Shown piece by piece: positions 38,437 through 50,183 of a stretch of DNA of 64,000 bases. The notes under the pieces are model-generated. The model was not told the DNA's origin, made no database searches, and was given only the letters and a program-made list of their open reading frames with translations. How positions within the stretch are numbered: position 1 is the stretch's first letter; each line of letters opens with the position of its first letter. This DNA is from Ramazzottius varieornatus (Eukaryota > Animalia > Tardigrada), in the NCBI GenBank assembly GCA_001949185.1, contig BDGG01000002.1:1147481-1211480 (forward strand), given 5' to 3'. Position numbers and translations under genes: made by a program.

Positions 38437-38900
38437 ACCCGGATAAAAAGAAGCCTGTTTTTCAACATCAAACACGCTAAAAATTCGAAGGAAAGAAACA
38501 CAGAAAACGCTGTTTTCCTGCTTTCAAGAAGAGCGTTTTCTGTGTCCGAAAAGAGGCAGTTTTGGAACACGGATTAGGGTTTATTCTGTATCAGGAAAGC
38601 TCTAAATTGGTTGTTCATTCGAGCCCGAAAATCGGCGTAATTTGGACACAGATTTGCATTTTTTCCCAGCTAAAGTAGAGACGGAAAACATCATTTCTGG
38701 TGGAAATTTTAACTCAACCAAACAAGTCCAAAAGTGCGCAAAACCTCCGAGAAACCAAACCACGACAAGCTGAAAACCGTATGGAAAAACAGCGGACGAT
38801 AAAATGCAAAGATCAGAATGTGCCATGCACATAAGATAATCTTTATTTCAAAAATGAAAACAATCAACAAAATTTAAACTAATGAAGTACCATTCTTCTT
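38437..38900 (+). repeat. Dispersed repeat, homologous to 23782-24250
   Basis: See the 23782 copy. Confidence 0.8.
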
Positions 38901-40270
38901 TAAATCTAAGATGCTATAAATTTCTTCCAAACCTCGGCTATGTACAAAAGTGCCAAAAACGCAAGCATCATTGCCTCTCTGAATTTCTATGCTAATTTTC
39001 TGCTTCAAAATAGAAAGAGATCTTGACTCGCCTGTGCGCGCAGGAACTTTCTTCCCGATCTTCTCCACGAGCTCTCGTGCTTCGTTGCCGAAGACACCAT
39101 ACGTTTCAAATTCGACGGGGCAGAACAGGTATCGACCCTCCAGCTCCTCGTACTTCCTCCTCTTCTTCTCCTCAGCTTGGTTTCAGCATAACCTACCTGA
39201 GTGGTGGAGCCCTGGAGATAGGTCTGTGCTAGCGTGTCCACCACAGTCACGTCTCATGCGAGAGCTTTTCCTTGGTACCACGGAACAAGCGTTAGTCCAT
39301 CGGGTCGCATGTTTCCGTCGCGCATCAATCCAATCGGCTCTCTCACGTTATGAACCTGGCAGGTAGTCAAGGCTCTGTGGATGATGCCTTTGAGCGCGTC
39401 ATGCCTGCTATGGCGTCCGGCGCTGTGTTTGTAGGCTAGTCCATGACGGCCTGTGATGTCCACCTTCAGCCCGCATCGGCAAATATGCGTCTCGCACAGC
39501 TTGGCTCCAAGTCGTAGTCCTACAGAAATCCTAAAAGAATTATCCTCTAGGAGGTTGCCTAAAGTTGAAACTGGCAAGGCATTTAACCATGCCCCGGATT
39601 CCTTTGTGGAAACGGCATGGAGACGGGCTTTATCGGTGGGCGAAGACTGTTCTAACAAAGCACGAAAGCTGGATTCGACGGGGGGCGTGTCCCATAGCTT
39701 CTGGACTGACCGCGTAAGACCTGGCGGAGGTTCGACGTTACAGCTTGTGCGCCACAAAGTAATCCCCTCAACCACGGCAGCATCCAAGTCTGTTTCAGAA
39801 CAAATCTGAGACACGAGTGAATGTGTCGCGTGCACAGAAGCCAAATAGGCTGGTAAAGCAAGTTCAGCAGCACATCTCAGTCCCAAACCTCCGTTGGCAA
39901 CGGGAAGGCTTGCTTGGCGCCAGGCCGAGTCGTCCATATCAATATTGACGATCTTCGCGGTGCATCTGCGGATGACATCGTCGAAATCGTGAAGCGACTG
40001 CGTCCATCTGTACGCGGGGCTGCTGCCTAGGACGTAAAGCAGCTTGGGAATACTGAGGCAGTTCTTTAAAAGGAACAAGGCTTGATGTGACGAAATCTTT
40101 TCCAAACGCGCCGTCTTCAGCTCCGCCGAGTCCGTCTTTGCTTTCAGCACGCTGGGGAAGGCTTCGTTGAAAAGAGGAACTCCCAGAAGAGTCAAGTTGC
40201 TGCGTTGTGGAAGGAGGATGCCAGAACAATGACAAGATAATCTTAAACTTTTACAGTAATCTGCTACGCT
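38900..40270 (-). mobile_element. 5'-truncated CRE-like non-LTR retrotransposon with a restriction-like endonuclease
   Basis: LLGVPL, LLKNCLSIPKLLY, QASLPVANGGLG, SGAWLNALP, CRCG....HGL, RHD, RPDGLTLVPWYQGKALA*DVTVVDTLA (PD..D RLE motif); stop and frameshift near 39250-39160. Confidence 0.88.
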
Positions 40271-41384
40271 CATGTCGAGCTCGAAAAAGCCATCAGTGAG
40301 CATGAGGTGTCAGAGAAACGAACAAGGGAACGGTAAACGGATTGAAAAAGAAGTGTTCCTTTCCAGTTGCGAGTCCAATGTGCCTGTAAACAACCAAAAA
40401 TTAGCCGTCAAGCAGCTGAATGTGCTGCAGCAAATATTTGAAACAGAAACCCGAATTCGACTGACGCACCGTATCAATCTGCTTACTTGTGGAACCGCGA
40501 GATCGCTCTTCAGATCGGATGGCTGTTGTGCTCGGCACTGCTTGCCAGTGTTCATTGGGACCCTTGTCCTTTCCGAGAAGCGAATGGCATCAGCTGTCGT
40601 ACTGCAAGAAGAAAAAATACCGTAAGAATAAAGTAATCAATCAACGGTTAGCATAACAACGCTACAAAGCCTCCATACGACCAGAAACAGCACAGTACGC
40701 AAATCCTTAGGCTCATGTTAGAATATTCTGAAGTTTAGGCTTGAAGACAGCAGAATTCTTACCCTGAGACCGATGAGTCCGAGCTCGGGCGAAAAGACGT
40801 GAAACGACGGGAGCGAACGAGATCGCCCCAGTGGTAGGTAGACGCCATTCCTCCGATCCACTCGTCTTGCGCGTCCGTGAAACATCATTTTTGGCTCCAC
40901 AGCAAGGCCTGGTCACTTCGTCAAGCACGCAGTCATATGAAAAGCTCAGCTTACGAAAGTTTTTCAAGAAACGGATCAAATTCTCCGGGAAAATGGAGAG
41001 ATCCAGCTAGCAAAATTCACAATGGCCACTTGCTCAAAACAAAAGTGCTGAATCAAGCCAGCCTCGGTTGATTCAAGTAGGCAAAATTTACAGCTGTATT
41101 AGCGAGGCTCCGCCTCCATCCGTTTTTCGTTCAGCGTGAGCTTTCTCAGAGCGTACGACCGAATTGGCTTAAAAATTAACCGCAAAAAGAAGTACTCCAC
41201 CCTATTAGCTATTTAGTCGCTGTGCTTTGATACAGCAGTGCGCGACCGAATCGTGCAGTTTTACACGGGATAGTCATCATTTGGTTCCTTGTATTCGCTT
41301 CCCGAACCCGTCGTCCGAATCGTGTAATCAAAACAGAATCTTTTGTCGGACATAGAGTCTCATAGCAGGCACTTTAAATTTTCT

Positions 41385-42400
41385 GACCACGTGACAGTTC
41401 GGTCAATAGCTCGGTCGATCGACCGGTCACCGCCGGTGATTTGGAAAAGGAAGTAAGGGTCGTTTTCGGCTGCCTATCTGTTGTGACGTGACCGGGTTAT
41501 AGGAATGCCCGAACGGTCAGAATGTAGCACATACAGTCCGTTCCAGCCAAGTTGTCCTCGCTTGATCATGGATTTGCTTTTTCTGACCAAATAATGTATC
41601 TGCCTCTGTCAAACATTTTTATCATTACTTCAGCTCTCTGGAACCGTTCGAGAAGAAAGGCCGAAAAGCTACTGTGGGTCAGAATGCAGGCCGAAAAGTC
41701 CCCACATCTGTTTTTCTGCCTGTCGCAAAAACATGCACGCCAGTTGATCGGGGAGGCACTTCAATTTTAATATTTCGATCTCACATTTCGCGTCGTTTTG
41801 ATTTTCTGACCAGAGATTTTCTTTTAACGGAGTGTGAAGAAAGACTTCTTTCAAACTGCCAATACGAAGTTTCGTTTGTGTTGACGCAGTGAGAACTCGG
41901 AGTTCTATCTTACGGCAACAAGCAGAGTGAGGACGTGTCAAAACGATCTAGCTAGGTTCAGGATAAGTTTCCCAAGTGGTCTTCTGCATGAATGCTCTCA
42001 AATTAATGGCATCATACAGAGCACTAAGCGAAGTATCGAAAACGGGTTGGGATGGGGCAAAACGTATAGACATAAATTTTCGAAACGGTAATTCATCCAA
42101 AACTTTGTACATTCCTTCTAATCTTGTTTCGCACAAATCGGGGTAGAAGAACGGAAGGTTTGTCGAGTGGAAGCACTTCGGTTACAAAAAACGTCGAAAA
42201 TTAGGTTGGGAACCACATAATAAAAGTTCTGCAAGAAACTTTTTCGGGAGATCTCTTTTGGCGTAGTTCGGGCATTCCCATAAACCTGTCACGTGACGAG
42301 AGATAGGCAGCCGACAACGACTGTTACTTCCTCGTTCAAACCACCGGTGGTAACCGGTCACCTCGTACTATTGATATTGTTCGAACGTATTACACGGTTA
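41385..42400. mobile_element. ~1-kb degenerate TIR element
   Basis: ACCGCCGGTG..AGGAAGTAA..GTCGTT.TCGGCTGCCTATCT..TGACGTGAC.GG..TA..GGAATGCCCGAAC (41420-41515) is inverted at 42265-42360. Confidence 0.75.
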
Positions 42401-43122
42401 CAATCATAAGAATGGACCACAAGTCGCGGACAGAGCAGTAACAAAGCATCGGCATTCTGCACCGATCGATGATAATTATAATCACCCAAATACTAATGAT
42501 ACTTAATATCATTCTTTACAAGTCGGAAATGACTATTGCAAGTGGCCGGACGGTAATCTGTCTTTCGTTATTCTAATCGGTGTTGTGGTCAAACGATGTT
42601 GTGAGGAGGTATCCGCATCCGAACATCAGTCCTGCTCGAGGTACAGTATAACGACTGATTTTCGACTCAGCCTACCATTTCCATCTCTGGCAGCAAACAA
42701 ACAAAGTGTTGATTGCGACACGAGAAACTAAAGCCCAACGTATTGTCGTCATTAATGCCATAGACTTTCCTGTTCAAGTACAGTGTGATAAACTTGGCAT
42801 GTCACTGAGACGCGTTTTTGACCAACAAACTTGCGTTTGCCTACTAGAAGAGTAAAGAGCGGTGTAGTGTTGGCAAAATTATGCAACTTTGTACAGCCCT
42901 TCTTCGTGTATCTGGCCTATCCACAAAATGTACTTCGTCGGATAAAAGTTGCTTATTCAGCTGATTATTCAAAGCTACGGTGTCAAACTTCGATATCTGC
43001 GTTGATTTTATTGTTCCGCTGGGTTCACAGTCCATCTCTGTATCTGTTCTTTTTTCTGTCTTTTTCCATCCAGTGATCTGTATTCGTTCCCTGTTTACTC
43101 ATCACGCCCGGCCTCACTCATC

Positions 43123-44521
43123 ATGTGCAATGTAGGAGGACAACGGAGAGGTTTCTTCTTCTTCGCGGTCGTCGGGTGCGCCTTGTTGACCTTTGCGCCA
43201 TGCGGTACTATTGGTTTTGACTTCATCCCAGTAAGCAGCATCTTTTCCCTATGTACGAAACGCGTGACCCATGTGTTAACCTTTCAATTTCGTTTGACTT
43301 GTTTCCATCCAGTACGGTCCGGGTAAAAGTCTAGAAACACCCTCACCAGAAGCTGTCCAGGTTTTCAGGCAAGGTGCGTCGACATTTGCATCAGAAGCTA
43401 TCGTTTTACCGACAAAGTCGACATCTACAGTAAAGGTTGATGGTTTCGTTCACTGAAGGGTTACCTTCGGCTGGTTTGAGAGTGAAGCGCGACAGTGGAT
43501 TTGGATCGTTTGAAGGAGGCGAATCTGGTGGGCTCAACAACCTCCTGTTTCTCAGCCTTCTGCAACAAATGGCTGCCAGTTCCCCACCTGCGGCTGCAGC
43601 TCCTGCTCCAGCGGCTGGCGCAGAAGCCCGTAAGAATTTTTCCAGTCAGCCACTCCGACTTCTGTTCGACTAAGCTAGAGTCCTTTTCAACTTTTAGCAG
43701 CGGCGACTCCTCCAGCAGCTCCGGCTTCGCCATCTCCCAGTCTGGGTAAGGTTGCTTGGCATTATGCACAATGTGGTCATATATTCCATTAGCGTCGTCT
43801 TTGTTTGTTTCAGCAAGTCTACTACCGCGTAAGCTGGAAATGAAATACTAGTAATTCGGCATAGTTTTTTGTGGTGACCGTTCTCACGAATATACAACGT
43901 TCTGACGCAGTGCTGATGGCAATGGGTCGTGGTGGGTTTGGATGCGGAGACGACGACGCCAATGCGACGAAAATGGGCTCGCCAGAAGTAACAGGAATCA
44001 TCCCTACCAAGGCTTTATCAAGTGGTCCGCAGACGGATGACAACAGTAAATCAGCACGATCTGCCGAGCCAGCAGCATCCATTGCACCAGAAGCACTTCT
44101 CATTCAGCTACAGGTAGCAATTCTCGAAGACGGTTTCCGAACTCATGAGCACTATTGCTTTGGCACCTGCGTACGAATGGTCGAATTGCTTTTGTTTCTG
44201 AAAATTTGATTGGGCATGCAAACTCGAGCAGCTCTTTTTCTCGCATGACGCACCGTATTAGTATTGTTGTCTGGAAGGGTGCGCCACCTGGCATCACGAT
44301 CTGGTTGGCTTGTCTGCCGAGTTGTCAGTTGTTTTTCCCATATTCCATAGCTCTTTGCGCACATCTCTGTTATACATTTTAAATTTGTCGGGTGCGTGAT
44401 GGTCTACATTTTGCAGGTGCATCCCGGAAAAGGTGACCCGAACGACCAGAAGAAAGAGAACAGTTCCAGCGCTTCAAGCAGCAATTCCACAAGCTTCGAC
44501 ATTCAAATTTCACGAAACTGA
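43123..44521 (+). CDS. 7-exon secreted low-complexity protein (236 aa) with an RVKR cleavage site
   Basis: Exons 43123-43230, 43313-43373, 43459-43629, 43698-43745, 43814-43828, 43911-44113 and 44417-44521 are all GT-AG and phase-consistent (711 nt); hydrophobic signal FFFFAVVGCALLTFA. Confidence 0.75.
44215..44325. repeat. Intronic palindromic family, single unit
   Basis: AAACTCGAGCAGCTCTTTTTCTCGCATGACGCAC-25nt-GTGCGCCACCTGGCATCACGATCT..TTGTCTGCC, in intron 6 of the secreted-protein gene. Confidence 0.78.
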
Positions 44522-44543
44522 TGCCGGTTTTCCCTCAATGCTT

Positions 44544-47500
44544 TCATGCTTTTAAACTAACTAATTTGTTCAATAAGACCCGCTTTTCCCTGATGCGGAA
44601 TATAGTCGACGCAATATCTTCCGTCAACGCGAACAATGCATCTTCTTCAAACGCTAGCTCTCGGCGTAGCTTTTCCATTTGAACTTCCTCCACCCTAAAA
44701 TTATGTTATTACAACCGTCGATGTTCATTCTGCTTTTAAGCTTTGTTTCATCTGCCCATGGGTGGTACTATTGGCCTCCTGGCCGCTTCATCGTCCAGCT
44801 TTTATGGAATCTTCAATGGCCATAAGTCTTAGATCAGTTTTTGAAAGTAACTTGCCGTTTCAGAAGGTTGAGATGAGCTCTTGATCATCCCGCTACCGGG
44901 CAAGATCAGCTGATAGGATCTCTGATCCCCGGTATGTACGATCCACCACACAATCGTACGCGTGAATCAGTCCCGGGTTGCGAGAACGCGGCAATCAACG
45001 ATCAGCTGTCAATCAGTGAGACGTACTCACCCCAAGGATGCACAATCAGGTAATCAACGGCAACGTAGCTTGACTGTGTGGATATNNNNNNNNNNNNNNN
45101 NNNNNNNNNNNNNNNNNNNNNNNNNNNNNNNNNNNCCCGCTAGACGGGCTGATCGTGAACTACTGGAGATCTTGACGACGGACAAGGTGCTACCTGAAGA
45201 AATTACCGCCCTCGAAGAGATTGAACTGTTGCGTTCACGCATCGTCCACGAGGAAGAAGAGCGTCCTACCCGACAGGAGGACCTTGAGATTATCCATCGA
45301 GCCGCACCCAAAGACGAACTGTACAGCACCATCACTGTCCAGCGCGAAGTAATTAGCCAGCCAGAAGTGCAGGTGCCATCCGTACAGGAAGAGACTGTCA
45401 TCACCGGTACGTCTAACACCAGCATATCCAATGCATCCTTTATCCCTGTACCGCATCACGTAATTGTCTGTCCTTTTGTAGAAGAGCCAGTCCGGCCGCA
45501 GGCTCGTGGCGAGTCCTTGACCATCACAACTAGCGACAGGCTCGTACCTGAGCTCATCAGGCAGATGAAACAAAGCTTATTTAGTAAAAGGTTATTGAAA
45601 GCACAGTACTTGTACGCCTCGTCCAGTTGCTGTTGGACACTTTGCAGCTCCCCCAGATACCGTTGCCGGTCTTTATCCATCTCTTCCAGGTCTTCGGGCA
45701 ACACCTCCGTCTGTGTGGTTAAGATATCGCTTAGCCTGGAGACTTTCTGCAGGATGACGCAGATCTCATCGATATCCTTCTTGAAACGCGCCGTCTGTTG
45801 TTCAGCTATGGCCGTCAAATGTTCCTGCGAAGTGAAACTTTTCTACAAAGCACGGCCGAAGTTCCGATAGCTTTGTGAGATGGTACTTACGTCTACATCA
45901 TCCTTCGTGTAGCCATTGCTATCGATAAACTCTTTTTGCGCCTCGCGTAAATGCGAAACCAGTTGTCCTGAATCTGTAATCCATGGATAGAAGGTCCGAT
46001 ATTTGGGGGGGGGGGGCAAACGGGACNNNNNNNNNNNNNNNNNNNNNNNNNNNNNNNNNNNNNNNNNNNNNNNNNNGGGGGGGGGGGGCAAACGGGACGT
46101 ACTATCTGACCGTCATGTCAAGTGGCGCAAACTTCCACTGTTCTCGGCTGGAACCGTGCGCCACTTGGCACAACGACCTTGCACGATTCGTTTGCCACCT
46201 TCCATTTTATCTGCATCTGACTAACCTTTCTTCTCGTCGATGCCTAATTTATTTCGAATTCCAACATCGGTCATCATTCCGAGTTCCACCCCGTTTCCAT
46301 CCAGTTCGCCAGCGTCACCCAGTCCATGCACCAAGAAGTCGTCCGTTGGCTTGTCATCCAGAAAACGAAGATCGGGTGGCGGTTTGTCCTCCACCACTGG
46401 CTCCACATTCCCTTCCTTCTTTCCTTCTTCGCCGTCATCTCGGGTGAACGTGTTGCGTCTCACCATCGGTTGAGTCGAAATCGCCGTGGTGGGTCTTTCC
46501 GGCGCTCTACGAGCTGTCGTGGGTCGCGCCGCTTCAGATGGCATCACGATCGGCTTTTTGGTGCCACTTACTTTCGCTTCGGACTTCGGTGGACTTTTAC
46601 TCTTGTTACTTAGTGCGGTAGTCGTATTTTGCGATGCTTTGGTTCTTGTTGTGGTCTTTAGCGGTCCTTTAGGGGCTGTTGGGATTTTAGACTGAGAATT
46701 AGCTGTAGCGACAGGCTTGACTATTGATGCGGGTTTGGCTTTCACATCCGCAACAACTGCCGGAGCCGTTTTTTCGGCTGTTTTTTTCGGAGGTTCGGCT
46801 GGGTGCGCAGATTCCTTTGGAGTACTGACAGTGGGTGAAGTGGCGAAGAACTTTGCGGCTTTGGGATAGCTGAGAAGGTTTTCCGAGCCTTGTTTAGCCA
46901 GTACTTGATTTACTACTTCAGTATTATTGGTTTTACGATGTACAATCTCGGCAAGTTGCTGCAGGAGATGGTTGGTTTTCTCGGCTTCTTGTCCAGCACA
47001 GATTTGCACGGCTTTGACGTCGAGATTCTGCTTTGAAGCTAGACCAACGTAGTTAATGACCTGCCAGAAAAAGCCTTGATCGATTGAGCCAGCATTAGTC
47101 CTCCTCACGACAAGCCGTAAAACTTCGTTGATTGTGTTGATCTTGAAAGTGGATTACGAAGTTTCGCCTTCGAGTAGCTTATCTTGAAAGCGACAACGGA
47201 TTATTCTCTACACATTTGACTCAAAATTTCAAATTTTCATTTCTCAGCTGATCTCTGTCTGCACAGTGCTTCACGTTGCGAGATACCGCTGCACGTATGG
47301 GCTTCTTAATACCTATTAGTGTCGGGGATATCGACAGAGACTAGCCAGAGAGAAAACCATGAATTTTAGCCTAGTCAGGACTCAGGAGGCAAAGTTTGCC
47401 TACAAACCTACCCCGCAAAACTCGCGCATTTCCGCTCCCGTTTCCGAGACTTTCGAAAAACGCAATTTTGCCTCACTCACGACTAGTTTCCGTTGGTCAA

Positions 47501-47834
47501 GCAAACTCAAATTTCAAATCAACCGTTTGCGACATAAACAGCTCGTTGTGAGGAGGACAAATTGATTGAAGTTAATTTGATACTGAGCTTGCTGCTTTAC
47601 CTTCGCGATGAAGAATGCCTTTGAGTCCTTATCGTTAGCCACAGCATCGTTCCAGCTGATTTCGTCGGGATCAAGCAACCCTTCAAATATTCCGTGTTCC
47701 TTCATAATTGCGACAAATACATCGTGGAGAAATCGTAAGGGAGGTTTGCTCAGTAATTTATCCGTCAATGGCGGACCATTCGCTAAGAGCGGTCCTAACA
47801 AGCTCTGCGTCTTCTTGACAACACTTTCATCCAT
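44544..47834 (-). CDS. TRAF3IP1: Intraflagellar transport protein IFT54 / TRAF3IP1 (MIP-T3)
   Basis: N-terminal CH-like domain VVKKTQ.LLG...PPLTDKLLSKPPLRFLHDV, ICAGQEAEKTNHLLQ, RPTTARRAP; C-terminal GQLVSHLREAQKEF and coiled coil KKDIDEICVILQKVSR...PEDLEEM; last exon 44694-44544. Confidence 0.88.
46115..46200. repeat. Intronic palindromic family, single unit
   Basis: CAAGTGGCGCA-26nt-GTGCGCCACTTGGCACAACGACCTT..TCGTTTGCC, in an IFT54 intron. Confidence 0.78.
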
Positions 47835-48301
47835 GTCGTCCCCTCAGGTCTACCAAAACCACACCTAAATATTTCTCACAAAACCAATATCGTGTTTTAA
47901 AGCATAAAAAAATTCCCGAAGAGTTCACCGCAAGTTACTCAAGAGTTTTTATACGACCAAACAAAAGCAGTGTAGGTAGGAATGCACCAGGTCGGAAGAG
48001 AAATCAATAACATCGAATATCGGTGTATGTTCACTACTAAATTTATAAACGCAGGTGGGCGACAGAACTCAATCTAGCGACACGTGATTCGAACTATCAT
48101 GGTAGTGAAAGGTGCAATCGATACAGTGTGGGGAATGCGTCCCTTCCCGCTCCTCCATGTGCACATTTTTCCGGCTCGCGGTTGGAAGCACCGAAAAACC
48201 GGACTGCCAACTGAATGCCGAAAAAGCAAGTTCAAATGGAGGAGGGGAAAGGGATGCATGTCCTGACAATGTAGCTCCACTATAGACCCCTTCAATCGAG
48301 T

Positions 48302-49774
48302 CTATCGGGAATACTTCCAGAACCGTACAGCCTGTTGGTACTTTTTCGACACCGCAACAATCAAGAAGGGTTCGATCAGCGGTTTGCAGCAGAGCCAGGT
48401 AAAGGCCACATCCCACACTTTGATGTGCAAATCCAGCGCTACATGGAACATCAGCAGTACAGTGGCGTACGGTCCGATAAAGACCAACAGACTGGCAGCC
48501 AACACCAGGCAGATTCTCATGTGGTCGAACTGAGATTCTTGTACCGCTTGTTGGACCCTCGCAACTTCCACACTTTTCTCTCCAGTGGCGCTAACCTCGC
48601 CATTCTGTACGGATCGGTCGACGTTGACGTACACCGGGAAGTCCACGCAGAGCGCGTCTTGTGGCTGTGGGGCTAAAGGCAGGTTCTGGTACAGTGGAGG
48701 AGGGTTGGGGGAGGGGAGTGTGGATGGTTGACGGGCGGGGACGTCGTAGTTGTACAGAGGGTTGAGGTTGGCAGAGCGAGGGGGCGACTGTACCGCTGAA
48801 ACAGATGGTTGGGTCCAGCGGACAACGGGCTCGATGTGTGAAGTGGTCGAACGGGGAAGTGCGACGCGGGTAATGATGTAAAGTGTGAACATGGCGCAAA
48901 GCGACAGGCTGGTCAGTCCGAGAGGAACCCAGAAATACCAGACGCTGTCGTGCAGAAGACCGTTCTCGCCTTTGAGCGCGCAAAAGTTTGGACCAGTCTC
49001 GACTTCCCACAAGGAATGTCTAAATATAAAAGAACGGGCATGCGAGAAAACAGGGAACACTGTCATGGCGCAAACCGTTGACCATCTTTGGTCAATACCG
49101 TTCAAGGCGAGCACATTTTTGCGAAGCCGGAAAACAAAACTTAAGCTTTGTTTCAGGATTGATTGATTCCTGTCTCTAAAAACATTAAACCTACGCGACT
49201 GGGCAGTAGACGCCGAGCCCAATGAGCCAAATGACCAGGGTGGGAGTAATAACGTGACACCAACTAGGTGTGGTTCGGCGCAAGTTGTCCGGTACAATGG
49301 TCGAGGTGATTAACGAGATATAGGAGAAGAACTGCTGCAACGCCATGGCCGCTACACTCCAACATCCGACGAAAGGAAAGAAGGAAGTAAAAGCCGTGCT
49401 GAAAAGACAGATTGACCAATCAATAAGATCCCTTTCACGTGATGATGTGAGCATTACCTGGCGTAACAGTAACGGATACTGAATGGCCATACTCGTTCCA
49501 TGATAACATACGCCACGATATCGAAGGGGTACACAAGCAGCGACAGAAAAAAGTTGATCAGCAGCAAATTAAGTACCAGGCCGTCAAACCCGGTGATGTT
49601 GTGCAGACTCCGAATCCATATTCGTCCGACCATCAGATATATGTTTACGATCAAGGAGAAGATGGACAGAACGGTTAATGCAGTGATCGAGGCGATCTGG
49701 CCCGATCCAACGTACAGCGGGTCGGGCGTACCGACGGGATCAGCCAAGACGCCATCGTAGTCTTCCGTCGCCAT
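48302..49774 (-). CDS. Atypical class A GPCR-like protein, 3 exons (copy A)
   Basis: TM1 SLIVN, TM2 LVLNLLLINF, WPFSIRYC, ECL2 Cys, TM6 VFIGPY, TM7 IEPFLI, helix 8 KKYQQAVRF. Confidence 0.75.
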
Positions 49775-50183
49775 ATTCAGCTAGCTTTTCCAGATCATAT
49801 AAACTTTAGGGGAAAATCCATCGCGGGAAACGGTTTTGGGGGTATGATAGTGCGGGGAAAGTCAACGGTCGGTGTGAGATTAGCTATGGCCTTCCAACTT
49901 CCGCTTTTTGCGACGATTGACCAGAGTACGCCTCATCTAGACCTGAAATCGCGTAAGATAGACATCTGTTTCAAACCAATGTTTATCTGTAAGAATGTTC
50001 GAGATCATCATCTCCAAAGCTCGGAGTCCTAGTTGGAACCACTACCTCGGCACACCGCAGTAGCTTGCAGAAAGCTCATGTCGCTACATCGACTTCGCGG
50101 CAGTATTCAAGTACGCCGGAAGACACTCTACAGCGTCAACCATTGTAACATCCCTTATAACGAAAACGCGGAAGAATACAGAA

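Noticed and set aside
45456-46000. Stop read-through in a coiled-coil ORF, or a gag fragment
   Set aside because: Explained by a short intron between two IFT54 exons
46004-46096. GGGGGGGGGGGCAAACGGGAC duplicated on both sides of an N-gap
   Set aside because: Most likely overlapping contig ends at a G homopolymer, i.e. an assembly artefact
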